DNA of 64,000 nt from Methylomonas sp. (GTDB lineage: Bacteria; Pseudomonadota; Gammaproteobacteria; Methylococcales; Methylomonadaceae): positions 82,264 through 146,263 of the forward strand of contig NZ_JALOBS010000005.1 in NCBI RefSeq assembly GCF_023228165.1, read 5' to 3'. Shown piece after piece: positions 18,622-28,951 of the stretch. The notes beneath the pieces were generated by a model. It saw only the letters and a list, made by a program, of their open reading frames with translations, did not search any database and had not been told where the DNA came from. Both the position numbers and the translations under genes were made by a program. The stretch's first letter is position 1. Each line of letters opens with the position of its first letter.

Positions 18622-19610
18622 ATCGATCTGAAACCGACTTCGCCCGAGGCAAAGGCTCGCAACCGGCCTTGTTCATCTTCCAGCAACAACAAGCCCTGAT
18701 CGTCAATGCCGCGCACAATTCCGGTACATGTCTGCTCGCCAATATAGATATTGACCGCTCTGCCCTGCATGCAATCAAAATTTCGCCAGTCGTCGATAAA
18801 ACCCTGTAGAGTCCGTTCTTCAAAATCGGCAATTACCGGCAGCATTTCACTCAACAGCAAGGCCACCAGTCGGTTACGCTGCTGTGTAATGCCATCACCC
18901 AAAATGTACCGCAAGTCTACCCAGGCTTGTTCGATAGCTTCGGCTTGCTGTTCCGGCAAGTATAAGTTCAAACCCAAACCTATCACGGCATGGCAAGGCC
19001 CGCTGCTTTCCCCCGACACTTCGATCAGAATGCCGGCCAGCTTACGTTCGCGCCAATAAATGTCGTTAGGCCATTTCAAACCCACCTCTTGCACGCCGGC
19101 CCGAGATAGCGCCCGCACCACGGCAACACCCAGCGCCAAGCTCAAACCGGCAATGGCGCCAGGCCCGTTGTGATAGCGCCAGAGTATGGATAAATAAATA
19201 TTGTGCCCAAACGGCGAAACCCAGGCCCGGCCTCGGCGGCCTTTACCGGCGGTTTGGTATTCCGCCAGACACACTCTGCCGGTCGATTGGCTGCGCTGGG
19301 CAAGTTCTAGCAAATAGCCGTTGGTAGAGGCAATGGCGGGATAAATCTCCAGTTCAGAAATCAGGGCTTTTGCACGTGACTCAAGCTGATCATGAATATG
19401 CTGCCTATCCAGTAACTGCATAGGCCGCTGCAATTTATAGCCTTTACCGCTCACCCCCACCAGCTCTATCCCCAAGTCATCCAGGGCATGCAAATGTTTC
19501 CAGACGGCCGAGCGGCTGACATCCAACACCCTAGCCAGTTCGGTGCCCGAGTGAAACCGGCCGTCGGCCAGCAAACTCAGCAACTGGACCAGTTGATCGG
19601 AAATCGACAT
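18618..19610 (-). CDS. birA: Bifunctional biotin ligase/repressor
   Basis: N-terminal HTH, STN, AEYQTAGKGRRGRAW, KWPND, KLAGILIE. Confidence 0.97.
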   Translation of the reverse strand: MSISDQLVQLLSLLADGRFHSGTELARVLDVSRSAVWKHLHALDDLGIELVGVSGKGYKLQRPMQLLDRQHIHDQLESRAKALISELEIYPAIASTNGYLLELAQRSQSTGRVCLAEYQTAGKGRRGRAWVSPFGHNIYLSILWRYHNGPGAIAGLSLALGVAVVRALSRAGVQEVGLKWPNDIYWRERKLAGILIEVSGESSGPCHAVIGLGLNLYLPEQQAEAIEQAWVDLRYILGDGITQQRNRLVALLLSEMLPVIADFEERTLQGFIDDWRNFDCMQGRAVNIYIGEQTCTGIVRGIDDQGLLLLEDEQGRLRAFASGEVGFRSI

Positions 19611-19648
19611 AATGAAATTAACACCCGCCCGAATAGTGATGGAGAATG

Positions 19649-20230
19649 CTAGGCGTTTTTGTCACGTAACTGCTGCATTTGTTTTTTAATCACATGCTTG
19701 ATCAGCAACTCTCTATCTTCTTCTTTCATATTCACGTATTCGACACAAATCGCATAGGGATGTTCGGCATTGTCTTGGGAAATATCCTTGCACTGGGCAA
19801 CCCGGCCGTAAGCGACGATCACGGCTAAACAGGAGGTCAGCACCATGCGCAGCTCCAGTAAAGTATCGACGGGAATCGCAATGCAGTTGGTAAACGCCAC
19901 CCCGGCGGCACTCAAACTGACTTCGCGTTTATCCTGCTCCGAAAAATCCTCCTGCCGAGGCGTCAAGGATTGCACGACTAAATTGATCTTATTATCCAGA
20001 ATTTTCAAATACTCGAACATTTCCGGATCGCGCCTGTCCAATCTAGGAGCCAAGGCCGCCGCCTCCTGATTCAACACTTCCAGCGCGGCACTAAGGCTGC
20101 AAGTGCTTAAAACATCGAAGGACACATGACTAAGTTGTTTAACTTGCATCTCGTTGACAACTTTATACAGCAGACTAATGGTATCGCTAACCCGGAAATA
20201 GCGTCTTTTCTCTTCAAATTCCTCTGCCAT
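19649..20230 (-). CDS. PilZ-domain protein
   Basis: RRYFR (RxxxR) and SLSAAG motifs, C-terminal beta-barrel. Confidence 0.8.
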   Translation of the reverse strand: MAEEFEEKRRYFRVSDTISLLYKVVNEMQVKQLSHVSFDVLSTCSLSAALEVLNQEAAALAPRLDRRDPEMFEYLKILDNKINLVVQSLTPRQEDFSEQDKREVSLSAAGVAFTNCIAIPVDTLLELRMVLTSCLAVIVAYGRVAQCKDISQDNAEHPYAICVEYVNMKEEDRELLIKHVIKKQMQQLRDKNA

Positions 20231-20305
20231 ATTTACAGTCCTAACAGGTAGTTGTCCGCGCCAATTTTAGCCGATGGCAGTCTAAAACTGACAAAATTTA
20301 CCGCA

Positions 20306-20662
20306 TTAATCCGGAACCACCACATCGTGGCTGCGCATCAGCGCATTGACATCGGCTCGAGGAATACTTCGCACCGGCAAAATCAGATCATCCGTCAGCA
20401 AGCCTCTGTCTGCTAACGACTCCGCTTCCACAAACACATCACTTATTTCGTAAAGCTCTAAAGCTGTAAAAATAGCGGCGGTATTTTTTAAAGCCATTCC
20501 GTGCGGATTTTGCCCGGTTTTCAATTGAAACACGCCATCATCCAAAAACAACACCGATACAGCTTGATCGAACGCGGCCGTGGTCAGCATTTGGTCCAAT
20601 GCTTCCTGCACATGACTGGTTAGATGCGGCAGATGACGCATGACAAACAAATATTTTTTCAT
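20306..20662 (-). CDS. tusC: Sulfurtransferase complex subunit TusC/DsrF
   Basis: QEALD..L..AAFDQAVSVLFLDDGVFQL; adjacent to tusD. Confidence 0.88.
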   Translation of the reverse strand: MKKYLFVMRHLPHLTSHVQEALDQMLTTAAFDQAVSVLFLDDGVFQLKTGQNPHGMALKNTAAIFTALELYEISDVFVEAESLADRGLLTDDLILPVRSIPRADVNALMRSHDVVVPD

Positions 20663-20668
20663 GCCGGC

Positions 20669-21058
20669 TTACCCGAACACCAGACATCGATCGGCCTTCA
20701 GGGTCGCCTCTAGCCACTGACCCAAGCCGGCAATTCGAAATCCATCGGCCAGTTGATTGTCCGCCGCCCCTTGGCGGCGCGCTTCATCGTCGCACAACAA
20801 ACCGCGCCGCTGGGCAGCAGAAATACAGACGACCAAATCGATATGCCGTTCGACGGCAAGCCTCGACCAGCTCGCGGTTAAATTTATTTCATCATCGGGC
20901 GGCAAAACGTAGCGAAACGCATGCTGAATGCCCTCCCGATAAAAAAATACCTGCAAAATTTGGTGCCCGTCTTGCAGAGCGGCCTGAATAAACCGGTGCG
21001 CGATTAAACCGGCATTGGATGCATAAAGACCGGCATTGACTTGAATAGCATATTTCAT
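20669..21058 (-). CDS. tusD: Sulfurtransferase complex subunit TusD/DsrE
   Basis: VFFYREG, VCISAAQRRG (active Cys), FRIAGLGQ. Confidence 0.92.
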   Translation of the reverse strand: MKYAIQVNAGLYASNAGLIAHRFIQAALQDGHQILQVFFYREGIQHAFRYVLPPDDEINLTASWSRLAVERHIDLVVCISAAQRRGLLCDDEARRQGAADNQLADGFRIAGLGQWLEATLKADRCLVFG

Positions 21059-21189
21059 GACTTTATGAGGTATTTAAACTAAATCACTTATAATCGATCG
21101 TATTGATATCAGCATAACATGCCGGCTTAAATTTCCCGGTTACTCCTTTAGCACACAATCATATCGACTCCGGCATTATCCTACTTATC

Positions 21190-22644
21190 ATGAAATTATC
21201 CGCGCTAACAGCAGCCATGGTTTTGAGTTTGCTCCCCACGGTACCTAACGCAATTGAAATTGAAAAAATCCAGTTGCCGGACATGGGCGATTCGTCCGGC
21301 GCGCTGATTTCGCCTATCGAGGAACAAGAGTTCGGCGCTTATTTTTTCCGCAACCTGCATTCGCAAGCGGAAATCAGCCAGGATCTGGAGGTACAACAAT
21401 ATATCCAAAGCATAGGCCTGCAACTGGCCTCGCATAGCGACAATCCCTCCACGCCATTTCATTTCTTCGTGGTAATGGACCCCAACATTAATGCTTTCGC
21501 CGGTCCTGGCGGCTATATCGGCGTTAACTCGGGCTTGATATTACTCACCGAAGCCGAAAGCGAACTGGCCTCGGTCATGGCTCACGAGATCGGCCACGTC
21601 ACGCAACGCCATCTGTACCGACAAATCGAAACCGCCAGTAAAATGTCTATCCCCACCGTAGCGGCCACCTTGGCGGCGATATTGATCGGCACCCAATCGC
21701 CAAGCATGGGTCAGGCCGCCTTAATGGCCGTACAAGCCGGCAGCGTGCAATTTCAGATTAATTTTACCCGTGATAACGAGAAAGAAGCCGACCGGGTCGG
21801 CATGCAAACCTTGGCCGAATCCAGTTTCGACCCGCGCAGCATGCCGACATTCTTCGAGCGTTTGCAACAATCCACCCGTTACTACGGCAAAGGCGTTCCG
21901 GAGTTTTTAAGGACTCACCCGGTTTCCGAAAGCCGGATTGCCGACACCCGCGGCCGGGCGGAAACCTATCCATACCGGCAAGTTCCTGATTCGATGGGCT
22001 ATTTGCTTACCAAAGCCAAATTATATGCACTCACCATGCATGACAAAAATGCTGCTCTCAAACATTTTTCCACCCTGGAACAACAAGGCACCAGCGAACA
22101 ACGCGCCGTGGCACGCTACGGCATCGGCTTAGTTGACTTACAAAACTTACGCTATCAAGCCGCCAGCGAAATATTTCAGCAACTAGCGGCCCAATACCCC
22201 AATCAACCCCAATATATCGCCGCCCTGGCCCGCACCGCCGTGGAGAACCACGAATACGAAAAGGCCAATCAGCTTTACGCTAAGGCCATGCAAAATTTTC
22301 CCAGCAATGACGCCATTAAAATCGAGTATACCCGCGCCCTGTTGAAAAACGCCAAACCCGAACAGGCCAAACTGGTATTGCTGAGCCTGTCGGACAACCA
22401 AAAAGAACGGCCGTTTTACTACCAGACCCTGGCCGAAATCTATGCCGACCTAAACCAACCGGCGGAATCGCACCGCTATATGGCCGAACATTATTTTGCC
22501 GGCGGCCAAACAGAAGATGCCATTCTGCAAATACGCTTGGCGAAGCAGGAAAAAAACATCAATTACCAAATGCAGGCCATCCTGGATGAGCGTTTAAATT
22601 TTTTCCTCAGCGAATGGGAAGAGATGAAAAAGAAACGCGATTAA
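21190..22644 (+). CDS. bepA: Periplasmic M48 metalloprotease with TPRs (BepA/YfgC)
   Basis: Signal peptide, LPDMG, INAFAGPGG, HEIGH zinc motif, EADR.G, THP. Confidence 0.92.
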   Translation: MKLSALTAAMVLSLLPTVPNAIEIEKIQLPDMGDSSGALISPIEEQEFGAYFFRNLHSQAEISQDLEVQQYIQSIGLQLASHSDNPSTPFHFFVVMDPNINAFAGPGGYIGVNSGLILLTEAESELASVMAHEIGHVTQRHLYRQIETASKMSIPTVAATLAAILIGTQSPSMGQAALMAVQAGSVQFQINFTRDNEKEADRVGMQTLAESSFDPRSMPTFFERLQQSTRYYGKGVPEFLRTHPVSESRIADTRGRAETYPYRQVPDSMGYLLTKAKLYALTMHDKNAALKHFSTLEQQGTSEQRAVARYGIGLVDLQNLRYQAASEIFQQLAAQYPNQPQYIAALARTAVENHEYEKANQLYAKAMQNFPSNDAIKIEYTRALLKNAKPEQAKLVLLSLSDNQKERPFYYQTLAEIYADLNQPAESHRYMAEHYFAGGQTEDAILQIRLAKQEKNINYQMQAILDERLNFFLSEWEEMKKKRD

Positions 22645-22734
22645 ATATTAGAGAATAACGATATTTACAAGCTTTTGTTTCAAAAAGTTAATTTCGCCCC
22701 GAAACTAATTACCGGAAAAAACATACCTTTTTGA

Positions 22735-22763
22735 TGGACATCGCATTTTTTTTCACATAGACT
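22735..22763 (+). promoter_or_regulatory. Sigma-70 promoter of the candidate sRNA
   Basis: TGGACA-N17-TAGACT. Confidence 0.6.
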
Positions 22764-22769
22764 CTACCC

Positions 22770-22957
22770 ACCTTATAGGAGTGCACAAGGTCTAAAAAAT
22801 ATAGACCATGACTTTGAGGGGAGGGAAGCGGCCTGTAGCTAAGGCGCATAACAATAACAATAACAGTAACTGCTTGACTACACTGCCATTGCTGGCAGAC
22901 GTCCAACATAATAATAGCAATAATAAGGACGAGCCCGCTTTACGCGGGCTTTTTATT
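22770..22957 (+). ncRNA. Candidate small RNA with two (AAN)n tracts, hairpins and an intrinsic terminator
   Basis: Promoter upstream; hairpins at 22789-22807 and 22883-22898; AAC/AAT tracts at 22847-22870 and 22904-22927; terminator. Confidence 0.55.
22932..22957 (+). terminator. Rho-independent terminator
   Basis: AGCCCGC-tttac-GCGGGCT stem followed by TTTTATT. Confidence 0.8.
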
Positions 22958-23104
22958 GCCCGCCGCCGATAAACTGATTGCCCCTGCACAAGCTTGACGA
23001 GTGGCTTCCATGGTCCTTTTTCAATTATAATAGCCACTTACGACTATTAGCTGTTTAATCTAGTCTGTTTGATTTATCCATCCATTCCCAAAAAAGGTTC
23101 AAAA

Positions 23105-23347
23105 ATGGCACGTGTTACCGTTGAAGATTGTTTAGAAAATGTAGAAAACCGTTTCAAACTGGTTTTATTGGCCGGCAAGCGGGCCAGACAACTGGAAAAA
23201 GGTGCAGACGAATTTTTGCCGCGCGGGAAAGATAAAGACACCGTATTGGCGTTACGCGAGATTGCGGCCGGCTTCGTCTCCGAAGAAAATATAGACCGTT
23301 TGCATCGTGGCGGCAATGTGTCCGACACCCACCTGGAAATTGGCTGA
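23105..23347 (+). CDS. rpoZ: RNA polymerase omega subunit
   Basis: [27 protein letters not shown]...ALREIAAG; start placed at ATG 23105. Confidence 0.97.
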   Translation: MARVTVEDCLENVENRFKLVLLAGKRARQLEKGADEFLPRGKDKDTVLALREIAAGFVSEENIDRLHRGGNVSDTHLEIG

Positions 23348-23349
23348 TA

Positions 23350-25533
23350 GTGCGAATGACCGAGATAGCCGCCCCCACAACCCCGCTGCAACTAGAGCAT
23401 CCTGAAGAGAAATTGCTCCACCAGCTCTGCGAGATTTTATACGGCTATCTCGACCAACAAAATATCAGCAACATCGTCCGCGCCTATCACTTCAGCGCGG
23501 CGGCCCACTCCGGGCAATTCCGCAAAAGCGGCGAAGCCTATATTTGCCACCCCGTCTCCGTGGCCATCACACTGGCCAGCATGCACATGGATGCCCACGG
23601 CATCATGGCGGCCATCCTGCATGACGTCATAGAAGACACCCCGATCAGCAAAGAACAACTCGCCGCGGAATTCGGCCAGGAAGTCGCCGAGTTGGTCGAC
23701 GGTGTCACCAAACTGTCCAAAATCGATAGCCGCTCGCGTGCCGAAGCACAGGCGGAAAACGTTCGGAAAATGTTTTTGGCCATGGCCCAGGATCTGCGGG
23801 TCATCGTGGTCAAACTTGCCGATCGCCTGCACAACATGCAGACCATGGGCAACATGCCTATGGATAAAAAGCGCCGTATCGCCAAGGAAACCCTGGAAAT
23901 CTACGCTCCCATCGCCAACCGGCTGGGCATGAACGATATTCGCCACCAACTGGAATCTTTGGGCTTCAAGGCGCTTTACCCTAATCGGTACTCCGCCATC
24001 AGCAATGCGGTCAAAAAGTCCCGAGGCAACCGCAAGGAAATCGTCGACACCATCCAAAGCTCGATCCAAAATCGCTTACTGGAAACCGATATCGATGCCA
24101 AAGTAACCGGACGGGAAAAAAACATAGCCAGCATTTATCAAAAAATGCTGCATAAGAAAATCTCCTTTACCGATGTATTCGATGTCTATGCCTTTCGTAT
24201 TTATTGCCACGAGGTTGACGATTGCTACCGGGCGCTGGGTTGCGTGCATAACCTGTTTAAACCGATACCCGGCCGATTCAAGGATTACATTGCCCTACCC
24301 AAGGCTAACGGCTACCAGTCCTTGCATACCATTTTGATCGGCCCCTACGGCGTGCCCATCGAAATCCAGATCCGTACCCACGAAATGCACCGTCTGTCCG
24401 AGTCCGGCATCGCCGCGCACTGGCTGTATAAATCCGATAACGAGAAAAGCGAGACCATACAGGCACGCGCCAATGAATGGCTGCGCGATTTATTGGAAAT
24501 TCAAAAATCCGCCGGCGATTCGTTGGAATTTATCGACAACCTGAAAGTGGATCTTTTCCCTCAGGAAGTCTACGTGTTCACCCCCAAGGGCAAGATCATC
24601 AAATTGCCGCGCGGCGCGACCATCGTCGACTTTGCATATATGGTACATACCGATGTCGGCAACGCCTGCATTTCGGCGCGTATCGACAAAAAACTGGTAC
24701 CGTTGCAATCCAAACTGGAAAACGGCATGACCGTGGAAGTGATTACCGCCAGCTGGGCCCGGCCCAATCCGCTTTGGCTCAATTACGTGGCCACCGCCAA
24801 AGCCCGTAGCTGCATCCGCGCCTACCTGAAAAATTTCAACCAGCAGGAAGCCATCAACCTGGGTCGACGTCTACTGGAAAAAGAACTCAACAGCCTGAAT
24901 ATTCAGCTCGACCAGATCGACGATGCCCAAATCGTGCAAGTCCTGCACGCCATGAAAAAACATTCGCTGAACGATTTATTGGAAGATATCGGCCTCGGCA
25001 ATCGCATGCCGTTTCTGGTCGCCAAACACATCAACCAGATCGACAATAATCATGGCGTCAAACTGGACGATAACGAACAACACCACAAATCACCTTTAGT
25101 GATCAAAGGTACCGAAGGCATGGTGGTCAGCTTGGCAAAATGCTGTCGGCCGATTCCCGGAGACTCCATCATCGGTTTTTTCAATCCCGGCAAGGGGATT
25201 GTGGTACATCACCACGAATGCCGTAACAGTAACGAAGTCAGAAAAAAGCAAACCACCTGGCTGGATGTGGAATGGAGTCCGGACGCCAGCGGCGAATTTC
25301 CGGCCGAAATCCGTATCGAGCTCTTAAACCAACGCGGCTCGTTGGCCACCATCGCCTCGACGATTTCGTTCATGGATTCGAACATCGAAAATATTAATGT
25401 GGTCAGCCAGGACGACCGGGTATCGGTGGACTTGCTGACGCTGGCCGTCCGCGACCGCGTCCATTTGGCCAACATCATTCGCAAGCTGAAAAAATTATCC
25501 ATTGTGTTAAAAATTACCCGTATCAAAGCATGA
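23350..25533 (+). CDS. spoT: Bifunctional (p)ppGpp synthetase/hydrolase
   Basis: HD domain (LHDVIEDT), synthetase GYQSLHT/EIQIRT, TGS and ACT domains; rpoZ-spoT synteny. Confidence 0.97.
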   Translation: MRMTEIAAPTTPLQLEHPEEKLLHQLCEILYGYLDQQNISNIVRAYHFSAAAHSGQFRKSGEAYICHPVSVAITLASMHMDAHGIMAAILHDVIEDTPISKEQLAAEFGQEVAELVDGVTKLSKIDSRSRAEAQAENVRKMFLAMAQDLRVIVVKLADRLHNMQTMGNMPMDKKRRIAKETLEIYAPIANRLGMNDIRHQLESLGFKALYPNRYSAISNAVKKSRGNRKEIVDTIQSSIQNRLLETDIDAKVTGREKNIASIYQKMLHKKISFTDVFDVYAFRIYCHEVDDCYRALGCVHNLFKPIPGRFKDYIALPKANGYQSLHTILIGPYGVPIEIQIRTHEMHRLSESGIAAHWLYKSDNEKSETIQARANEWLRDLLEIQKSAGDSLEFIDNLKVDLFPQEVYVFTPKGKIIKLPRGATIVDFAYMVHTDVGNACISARIDKKLVPLQSKLENGMTVEVITASWARPNPLWLNYVATAKARSCIRAYLKNFNQQEAINLGRRLLEKELNSLNIQLDQIDDAQIVQVLHAMKKHSLNDLLEDIGLGNRMPFLVAKHINQIDNNHGVKLDDNEQHHKSPLVIKGTEGMVVSLAKCCRPIPGDSIIGFFNPGKGIVVHHHECRNSNEVRKKQTTWLDVEWSPDASGEFPAEIRIELLNQRGSLATIASTISFMDSNIENINVVSQDDRVSVDLLTLAVRDRVHLANIIRKLKKLSIVLKITRIKA

Positions 25534-25931
25534 GCCTGAAAAAAACCATTATCTCCACCCCGCTGGCGCCGCAAGCCATCGGCACATACTCGCAAGCCAT
25601 CAAAGTCGACAACACGGTGTATTTGTCCGGCCAGATCGCCCTGGACCCCGCTACCATGGAAGTGGTTGATGGTGATATCAGCGTTCAAATTCGCCGGGTG
25701 TTCGATAATCTGCGCGCCGTCGCCCAAGCCGCGGGCGGTGATTTTTGCAATATTGTCAAACTGAACGTGTTTTTGACGGATTTGAGCAACTTTCCTATCG
25801 TCAACGAAATCATGGCGGAATATTTTGTCGAACCCTACCCTGCCCGTGCGGCCGTGGGCGTGGCGGCTTTACCCAAAGACGTGGGCGTGGAAATGGACGC
25901 CGTGATGGTCGTTGAAGAACCTTACTATTAA
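25530..25931 (+). CDS. ridA: RidA-family enamine/imine deaminase
   Basis: [29 protein letters not shown]. Confidence 0.93.
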   Translation: MSLKKTIISTPLAPQAIGTYSQAIKVDNTVYLSGQIALDPATMEVVDGDISVQIRRVFDNLRAVAQAAGGDFCNIVKLNVFLTDLSNFPIVNEIMAEYFVEPYPARAAVGVAALPKDVGVEMDAVMVVEEPYY

Positions 25932-25966
25932 TTCGCTGCGCCGACACGGCGCAAACGCCGTCTGAT

Positions 25967-28078
25967 ATGTCTCGGCAAGAACCGCAACAATTGCCTGTCA
26001 CCCGCCTGACAGGTATCGGTTCTCAATCCGCCGCCCGGCTGCAAAAACTGGGCATCCAAACCCTGCAAGACCTGCTGTTTCACCTGCCGCAGCGTTATCA
26101 GGACAGAACCCGTACTTACCCGATTGCCAGCCTGACCCCCGGCATGACCGCCCTGGTTTGCGGCAGAGTGGAATATATCGACACTCCACAACGCGGCCGC
26201 AACAGCGTGATTTGCCGTATCAGCGACGCTAGCGGCCTGCTGTCGTTACGGTTTTTTCATTTTTCGATACAACAAATTCAGCAGCTCAGGCCCGGCACGC
26301 AGCTCAGTTGTTTCGGCGAAATTCGCATGGGTTTTAATGGCCTGGAAATGGTTCACCCGGAATACCGCACCCTGCATGCCGGCGACGAGCCCACCGAAAC
26401 CGGCCTGACGCCTGTTTATCCCCTGACCGAAGGCCTGACCCAGTCAACCTTGCGTAAAGCCATCAAACAGGCTTTAGAACTTTGTTTAAGTAACACCGAC
26501 ACCCTGACGGATTGGTTACCGGCAGCCGTCCGGCAACAATATGGCTATCCCGATCTGGCCGAAGCCTTGCTCACTTTGCACAGTCCGCCCCCTACCTTGT
26601 CGGCGGAACGCTTGGCCCAAGGCGAGCTGCCAGCCTTAAAACGCCTGGCCTTCGAGGAATTTTTGGCCCATCATCTGGCACTGTTACTAGGCAAACAACA
26701 CTATAAAACCTGGCAAGCGCCGGTGTTTATCGGCGACATTTCGACCAAAACGCGTTTTTTAGCCGAACTCCCCTTCCAGCTTACCGGCGCACAACAACGG
26801 GTGATTAGCGAAATCGAAGCCGATTGCAGCACCCCCCATCCAATGCTGCGTCTGGTGCAAGGCGATGTCGGCTCCGGCAAAACTCTGGTCGCGGCGATTG
26901 CGGCACTAAGCGCGCTATCTTCCGGCTTTCAGGTGGCCTTGATGGCGCCGACCGAATTATTAGCCGAGCAGCACTTTCGTAATTTCAAGCGCTGGTTTGC
27001 CCACACCGATACCCAGGTTTTATATTTAAGCGGGCAAATCAAAGGCAAAGTTCGTTCGACCACGCTAGAGGCTTTGGCGGACGGTAGCGCAGGCCTGGTT
27101 ATTGGCACGCACGCGCTGTTTCAAGACAGCGTCAACTTTCAAAACCTGGGCTTGGTGATAATAGACGAACAACACCGCTTCGGGGTACAGCAACGCCTGG
27201 CATTACGCGCCAAAGGCCAGAATGCCGACCGGGTACCGCATCAACTGGTGATGACAGCCACCCCAATTCCGCGCACCCTGGCCATGCTGCAATATTCCGA
27301 TCTGGATATTTCCGTGATCGACGAACTGCCGCCCGGCCGTAAACCGGTCACCACCAGCGTAATTCCCTCCGAACGCCGTGCCGAAGTAATTGCGCGCATC
27401 GATCATTGGGTCGCGCAAAAGCGCCAAGTCTATTGGGTCTGCACCTTGATTGATGAGTCGGAGCAACTGCAATGCGAAGCTGCCGAAAATACCGCAGTTT
27501 ATCTACAACAAGCCTTACCGGGTGTGCACATCGGCCTGGTACACGGGCGCATGAAAGCCAGCGATAAAGACGCCGTGATGCAGGCTTTTAAGCAAGGCGA
27601 TTGCGATTTACTGGTGGCGACTACCGTGATTGAAGTCGGTGTCGATGTTCCCAACGCCGGCCTGATGATCATCGAAAACCCGGAACGTTTAGGCTTGTCG
27701 CAACTGCATCAATTACGCGGCCGGGTGGGACGCGGCAGCCTGGCGAGCTACTGTTTGCTGCTGTATCAATCTCCGCTATCGGAAACCGGCAAACAGCGCC
27801 TGGGCATTTTACGAGAAAGCAACGACGGCTTCGTCATTGCCGAAAAAGACCTGGAACTGCGCGGTCCCGGCGAAGTCATCGGCAACCGCCAGACCGGACA
27901 AATTCAGTTCAAAATCGCCGATCTCAGCCGCGATCGCGAACTACTGGACAGAGTGCAAACAGCCGCGCAACTGATTTGCCGGCAACACCCGGAAACGATA
28001 AAACCCTTGGTACAACGCTGGACAGGCGGCTCGTTACAAGACCTGGACGAACTGTTTCACACCGTCTACAGCCCCTAG
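25967..28078 (+). CDS. recG: ATP-dependent DNA helicase RecG
   Basis: QGDVGSGKT, DEQHRFG, MTATPIPRT, QLRGRVGRG, DLELRGPGE. Confidence 0.97.
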   Translation: MSRQEPQQLPVTRLTGIGSQSAARLQKLGIQTLQDLLFHLPQRYQDRTRTYPIASLTPGMTALVCGRVEYIDTPQRGRNSVICRISDASGLLSLRFFHFSIQQIQQLRPGTQLSCFGEIRMGFNGLEMVHPEYRTLHAGDEPTETGLTPVYPLTEGLTQSTLRKAIKQALELCLSNTDTLTDWLPAAVRQQYGYPDLAEALLTLHSPPPTLSAERLAQGELPALKRLAFEEFLAHHLALLLGKQHYKTWQAPVFIGDISTKTRFLAELPFQLTGAQQRVISEIEADCSTPHPMLRLVQGDVGSGKTLVAAIAALSALSSGFQVALMAPTELLAEQHFRNFKRWFAHTDTQVLYLSGQIKGKVRSTTLEALADGSAGLVIGTHALFQDSVNFQNLGLVIIDEQHRFGVQQRLALRAKGQNADRVPHQLVMTATPIPRTLAMLQYSDLDISVIDELPPGRKPVTTSVIPSERRAEVIARIDHWVAQKRQVYWVCTLIDESEQLQCEAAENTAVYLQQALPGVHIGLVHGRMKASDKDAVMQAFKQGDCDLLVATTVIEVGVDVPNAGLMIIENPERLGLSQLHQLRGRVGRGSLASYCLLLYQSPLSETGKQRLGILRESNDGFVIAEKDLELRGPGEVIGNRQTGQIQFKIADLSRDRELLDRVQTAAQLICRQHPETIKPLVQRWTGGSLQDLDELFHTVYSP

Positions 28079-28276
28079 AAAACGCGGGGTTTTTGTCGTA
28101 TGACAGCAATAGTGAAAAACTCCGGATTTTGTGCCGCTAATATTGAAAAATTTCGCGCTCCTCATTCTGACAGAGCAAGTTCGGCCAAAAGTAGTCGATG
28201 GAGAGGTTCCTAATGAATGAACGGTTGACACCCTATACCTGTCATTGATAAATGTCATACATCGAATATTTCTGCT

Positions 28277-28951
28277 TTATCTCTTCGATGCAAGCAATGC
28301 AGCTAGCTCGGGTGGAAGCTGCAACGGAAGCGCATTGGTGATAATGGCTTCCCAGAGTCGATAGACACGGCTAGTATTCGTTAGTGGAATTATTCCACCT
28401 TTAACTGTTTTATCTAGGGCTTTGGCCTGAAAGTATGCCCTTGCGACAGCTTCAAGCGGAAAATGCTCGCGTTTCAAGCTCGTCTTGTTATATCCCCCAA
28501 GCTGGTCTCGCAAGGATTTTTCTACTGCTTTTGCATTGTTTAGTTCCGCCACTGCATCTTTGTCTGCGTGGTGAAGCAGTAACCACATCTCAAAACAAGG
28601 CTTGCTTAAAGCAACGGATATGCCTTTTTCTTTGGCTTCTTTGATGATTCGCCTAAATTCTTTTATATGAGGGCCATTAACGTAATGGTCGGTGTCTAAC
28701 AGCATCCAGCGTTCGTCTTCCTCTTCATGTTCGATACCCTCTAGGCGTTCTAGAACATCAATAGCGTGGCATCTGTTCTCATCTAAAGGTGTTTCAACCA
28801 CATGGACTTGCACCCGTGCGATCCGGAAAAAATCGAAATATTGCTTAGGTGCATAGGAGTCATCGCTGGCGACAATAAACAACCTGTCGTCGCGCAAAGT
28901 GCCGACATCTCTGTTTAACGGCCTAGGCTTCAGGTCTTTGATTAAACTCAT
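28277..28951 (-). CDS. RloB-like (AbiLii/TOPRIM-like) protein
   Basis: LFIV....APKQYF, LLDTDH (DxD), SKPCFEMWLLLH; overlaps the upstream ATPase by 4 bp. Confidence 0.8.
   Translation of the reverse strand: MSLIKDLKPRPLNRDVGTLRDDRLFIVASDDSYAPKQYFDFFRIARVQVHVVETPLDENRCHAIDVLERLEGIEHEEEDERWMLLDTDHYVNGPHIKEFRRIIKEAKEKGISVALSKPCFEMWLLLHHADKDAVAELNNAKAVEKSLRDQLGGYNKTSLKREHFPLEAVARAYFQAKALDKTVKGGIIPLTNTSRVYRLWEAIITNALPLQLPPELAALLASKR

Noticed and set aside
20231-20305. Absence of tusB/dsrH after tusD-tusC
   Set aside because: It may lie elsewhere in the genome, which this window cannot show
22808-22972. 54-codon Asn-rich ORF inside the sRNA candidate
   Set aside because: No RBS at proper spacing and it runs through the terminator; the Asn runs are explained by the AAN tracts
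23437-24069. 210-aa minus-strand ORF
   Set aside because: Antisense shadow of spoT; similar shadows (for example 49737-50660, 44710-45225, 10967-11464) reflect codon bias of real genes
28020-28110. Slightly unusual RecG C-terminus as a possible integration scar
   Set aside because: No direct repeat/att pair or integrase is visible, and RecG tails vary
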